Shown: positions 45,284-47,340 of the stretch, one piece after another
Layout: every line of letters begins with the position of its first letter
Position numbering within the stretch: the first letter of the stretch is position 1
Assembly (NCBI GenBank): GCA_016618085.1
Contig: JABLTG010000152.1
Coordinates: 1-47,340 of the forward strand
Origin: Neovahlkampfia damariscottae
Lineage: Eukaryota
Reading direction: 5' to 3'
Length of the DNA: 47,340 nucleotides
The notes under the pieces: model-generated
Database searches by the model: none
What the model was told of the DNA's origin: nothing
Seen by the model: the letters and a program-made list of their open reading frames with translations, nothing else
Made by a program: the position numbers and the translations under genes

Positions 45284-46724
45284 AATTTGTTGAATTAAAG
45301 CAACTATTGTTGTCCTTCTGGAGAGGAAGAAGAGTTATTTGACTTTTTCTTTCAATTCTTCTTTTCTTAATTTTTGTTTTCTATTGACTTTTTTCTTTTG
45401 GATCTTTTTCATCATTTGAATTTTGATTTTGATCTAAAAGTGTTTCTTCTTCATGTTTAGAATCTTGGTTTTTGATTGGTTCATTTTTGAATGTCTTCTT
45501 CATCATTTGTATCATGTTGATCTTGTTAATTTTGTTCTTTTTGAAGAATTGTAATAGTTTTAGTACTTGGAACAGTAAAAACATAATCAGTTTTATTAAA
45601 ACAAGTATAATTTTCAGCATCTTCTATTTCAATTGTGTTTGATGGTTTATCTATTGATTTGATTTTAAAACATCCTACATAACATTTTTGAAATTTGTTG
45701 TAAAAATATCTTTAATCATATCAGTATCGTTTTCTTTTAAATTTGAATTAAAATATTTTCTAACAAGTTGGTTTTTGTTTTTAGTTCTATTGTCAATTTT
45801 CATTTTTACTAAACCTGGAATAATTGTTTAACAAATTAATTTGTTTCTTGCAAGTATAAGTTTATATTGTTCTTTTAATTCACTTTTAGAAAGTTCATCT
45901 ACTAATTTCACTTCTTTGTTTTGATTATAAAAGTTGAAATTTCTTCTGATGTTGAAAGGAGTTGAGTTAAATTCACTTGAAGTGCTGTTGTTTAAATCAA
46001 TCATGATTAAAGTATGTATATTTGGCCAAAATTTTAAATTGCCTTTTAATTTTTCTTATAATCTTTTAAGGAATTGTGATCTGAAGTTTCTATTGCTATG
46101 TTCAATTTTAGAGTCAACAATGATGTTAATAAATTCTCCTCCATTATTGGATTTTAAACAAGTTGAATCACCTTCTAGGGCCATAATCCAAAATAAGGAT
46201 GTTGTTACTTCTAATGTATCTTTGTTTTTTAAAGGAATTAAAATGTAAAAGCGAGTAAAGTCATCTAAAATATTGAGTACATATTGGTAACCTGAATATG
46301 AAGTTGCCATTGACATGATATCTAAGTGCCATAATGAATTTGGAAATAGTTCATTTGGGTCTTTAAAGGTAAAGAAAAACAATGATTTTCTAATGTTTTT
46401 TGAGCAACAAATGTTACAATCTTTTAAGTATTCTTGATAGTGATTTTTCATATTTGGAATTTGACATTGTAAACATATTTGAATGTTGATAACATGAACA
46501 TTCCATGTTGTGATTCCATTTGAACTTTCTGAATTTAGCAGCATCATGAAATAGTAAAAGGTTTTCAGCTAAATATGGTAGAGAGTTTCCAATGTATTGA
46601 ATTAATCCTATTAGGACTTGAAACTTTGTAAGTGATGTTGGTCTTGTCCATTGTCTCATTTCAGAGATTTTATTTGGGTCAATCAGTAATTTTAATCTTC
46701 CATCTTGGCAAATGATCATGGTTC
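45001..46724 (-). mobile_element. degenerate Ty3/gypsy-type LTR retrotransposon, 3' portion
   Basis: RT-RNase H linker IDPNKISEMRQWTRPTSLTKFQVLIGLIQY..FKWN; integrase PNMK..YLKDCNIC, LWHLDIM, YQYVLNILDDFTRF, KSNNGGEF, IEHSNR; RT upstream of IN; stops, frameshifts and deletions. Confidence 0.85.
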
Positions 46725-47340
46725 CAGTGTGTGGCAGGACTCGTAGTAATAAAATAAATTTTATTTACGAAAAGGCGGAAATTCAAAACCTGACAGTTTC
46801 TCTTCCTGCTTCGCCCTGAGCAATTTAATAACTCCAATCTAATTGAAACCTTTAATTTATTACTTTAATTTACAATTACCACTTTACCAATTAAATTATA
46901 ACAAAAAGGAATAAGATAAGGAACTGGTAAAATGGTAAGGTGGTTTTTGGAATTTTATAAAATTTTAAAAAATGGTTCAATTTTACAGGGAAGGATTGGG
47001 GGTCCGACCACCCGACCACAGAACCGGAAAATAAAAAATGGTAAAATAAAATTCGTGGTAAAATGGTAAGGTGGTTTTAGGAAAATCTGAAACTTTTAAA
47101 AAATGGTTCAATTTTACAGGAAAGGATTTTAAGAGCTGATCAACCTACCAAATGACCGTCAATAAAAACTGGTAACTGAATGTCACCAACAATCACTGGG
47201 TGTGACACAATAGTATGGTAATTTTGGAAGCGAAGGCGAACAAAATTTTTTATCAAAACAGACGCTTGTCGAAGTTTTCAGTTTCCTCCTCGAAAGAGAT
47301 GGTAAAAACAATATTACAGTTAATGGTAGTAGAGACTGAA
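46725..47340. mobile_element. terminus of an unidentified non-coding repeat, possibly a DNA transposon, interrupting the retrotransposon RT
   Basis: RT similarity stops abruptly at CAGTGTGTGGCAGG (46725); followed by palindrome 46741-46770, many TGGTAA/TTACCA motifs and tandem repeats; no ORF. Confidence 0.45.
46925..47176 (+). repeat. two imperfect tandem copies, period 131 bp
   Basis: TGGTAAAATGGTAAGGTGGTTTT...AAAAAATGGTTCAATTTTACAGG.AAGGATT at 46925-46997 and 47056-47128; similarity continues more weakly to about 47176. Confidence 0.9.

Noticed and set aside
46925..47176. CRISPR-like array
   Set aside because: Only two long imperfect tandem units with no unique spacers, no cas genes, and a eukaryotic context.

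Overview
Very AT-rich, gene-dense eukaryotic (protist) genomic DNA with tiny GT-AG introns (about 28-50 nt), very short intergenic spacers and CCAAT boxes next to most start codons. The gene content (RWP-RK protein, LRR phosphatase, several small and heterotrimeric GTPases) suggests a heterolobosean/Discoba-like or amoeboid protist; this is inference. About 30 host genes lie between two mobile-element regions. At the left edge (1-426) is the 3' end of a Fanzor2/IS607-TnpB-like RNA-guided nuclease locus: alternative RuvC-II Glu motif, Zn ribbon and RuvC-III motif, followed by a structured, pseudoknot-capable omega-RNA-like sequence ending GATAGCGG just before the ATG of a truncated kinase fragment. 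The ORF appears internally deleted. At the right edge (45001-47340) is a decayed Ty3/gypsy-type LTR retrotransposon (RT linker, integrase, polypurine tract, 3' LTR), cut off by a different non-coding element end with 131-bp tandem repeats. Other oddities: a PARP-like gene with no catalytic domain, a DEP-DEP-Galpha pseudogene, a partly homogenised thioredoxin gene pair, a 9-nt microexon in a Rab P-loop, and a lipin with an N-terminal hydrophobic helix. Gene models were assembled by eye; no database searches were run.
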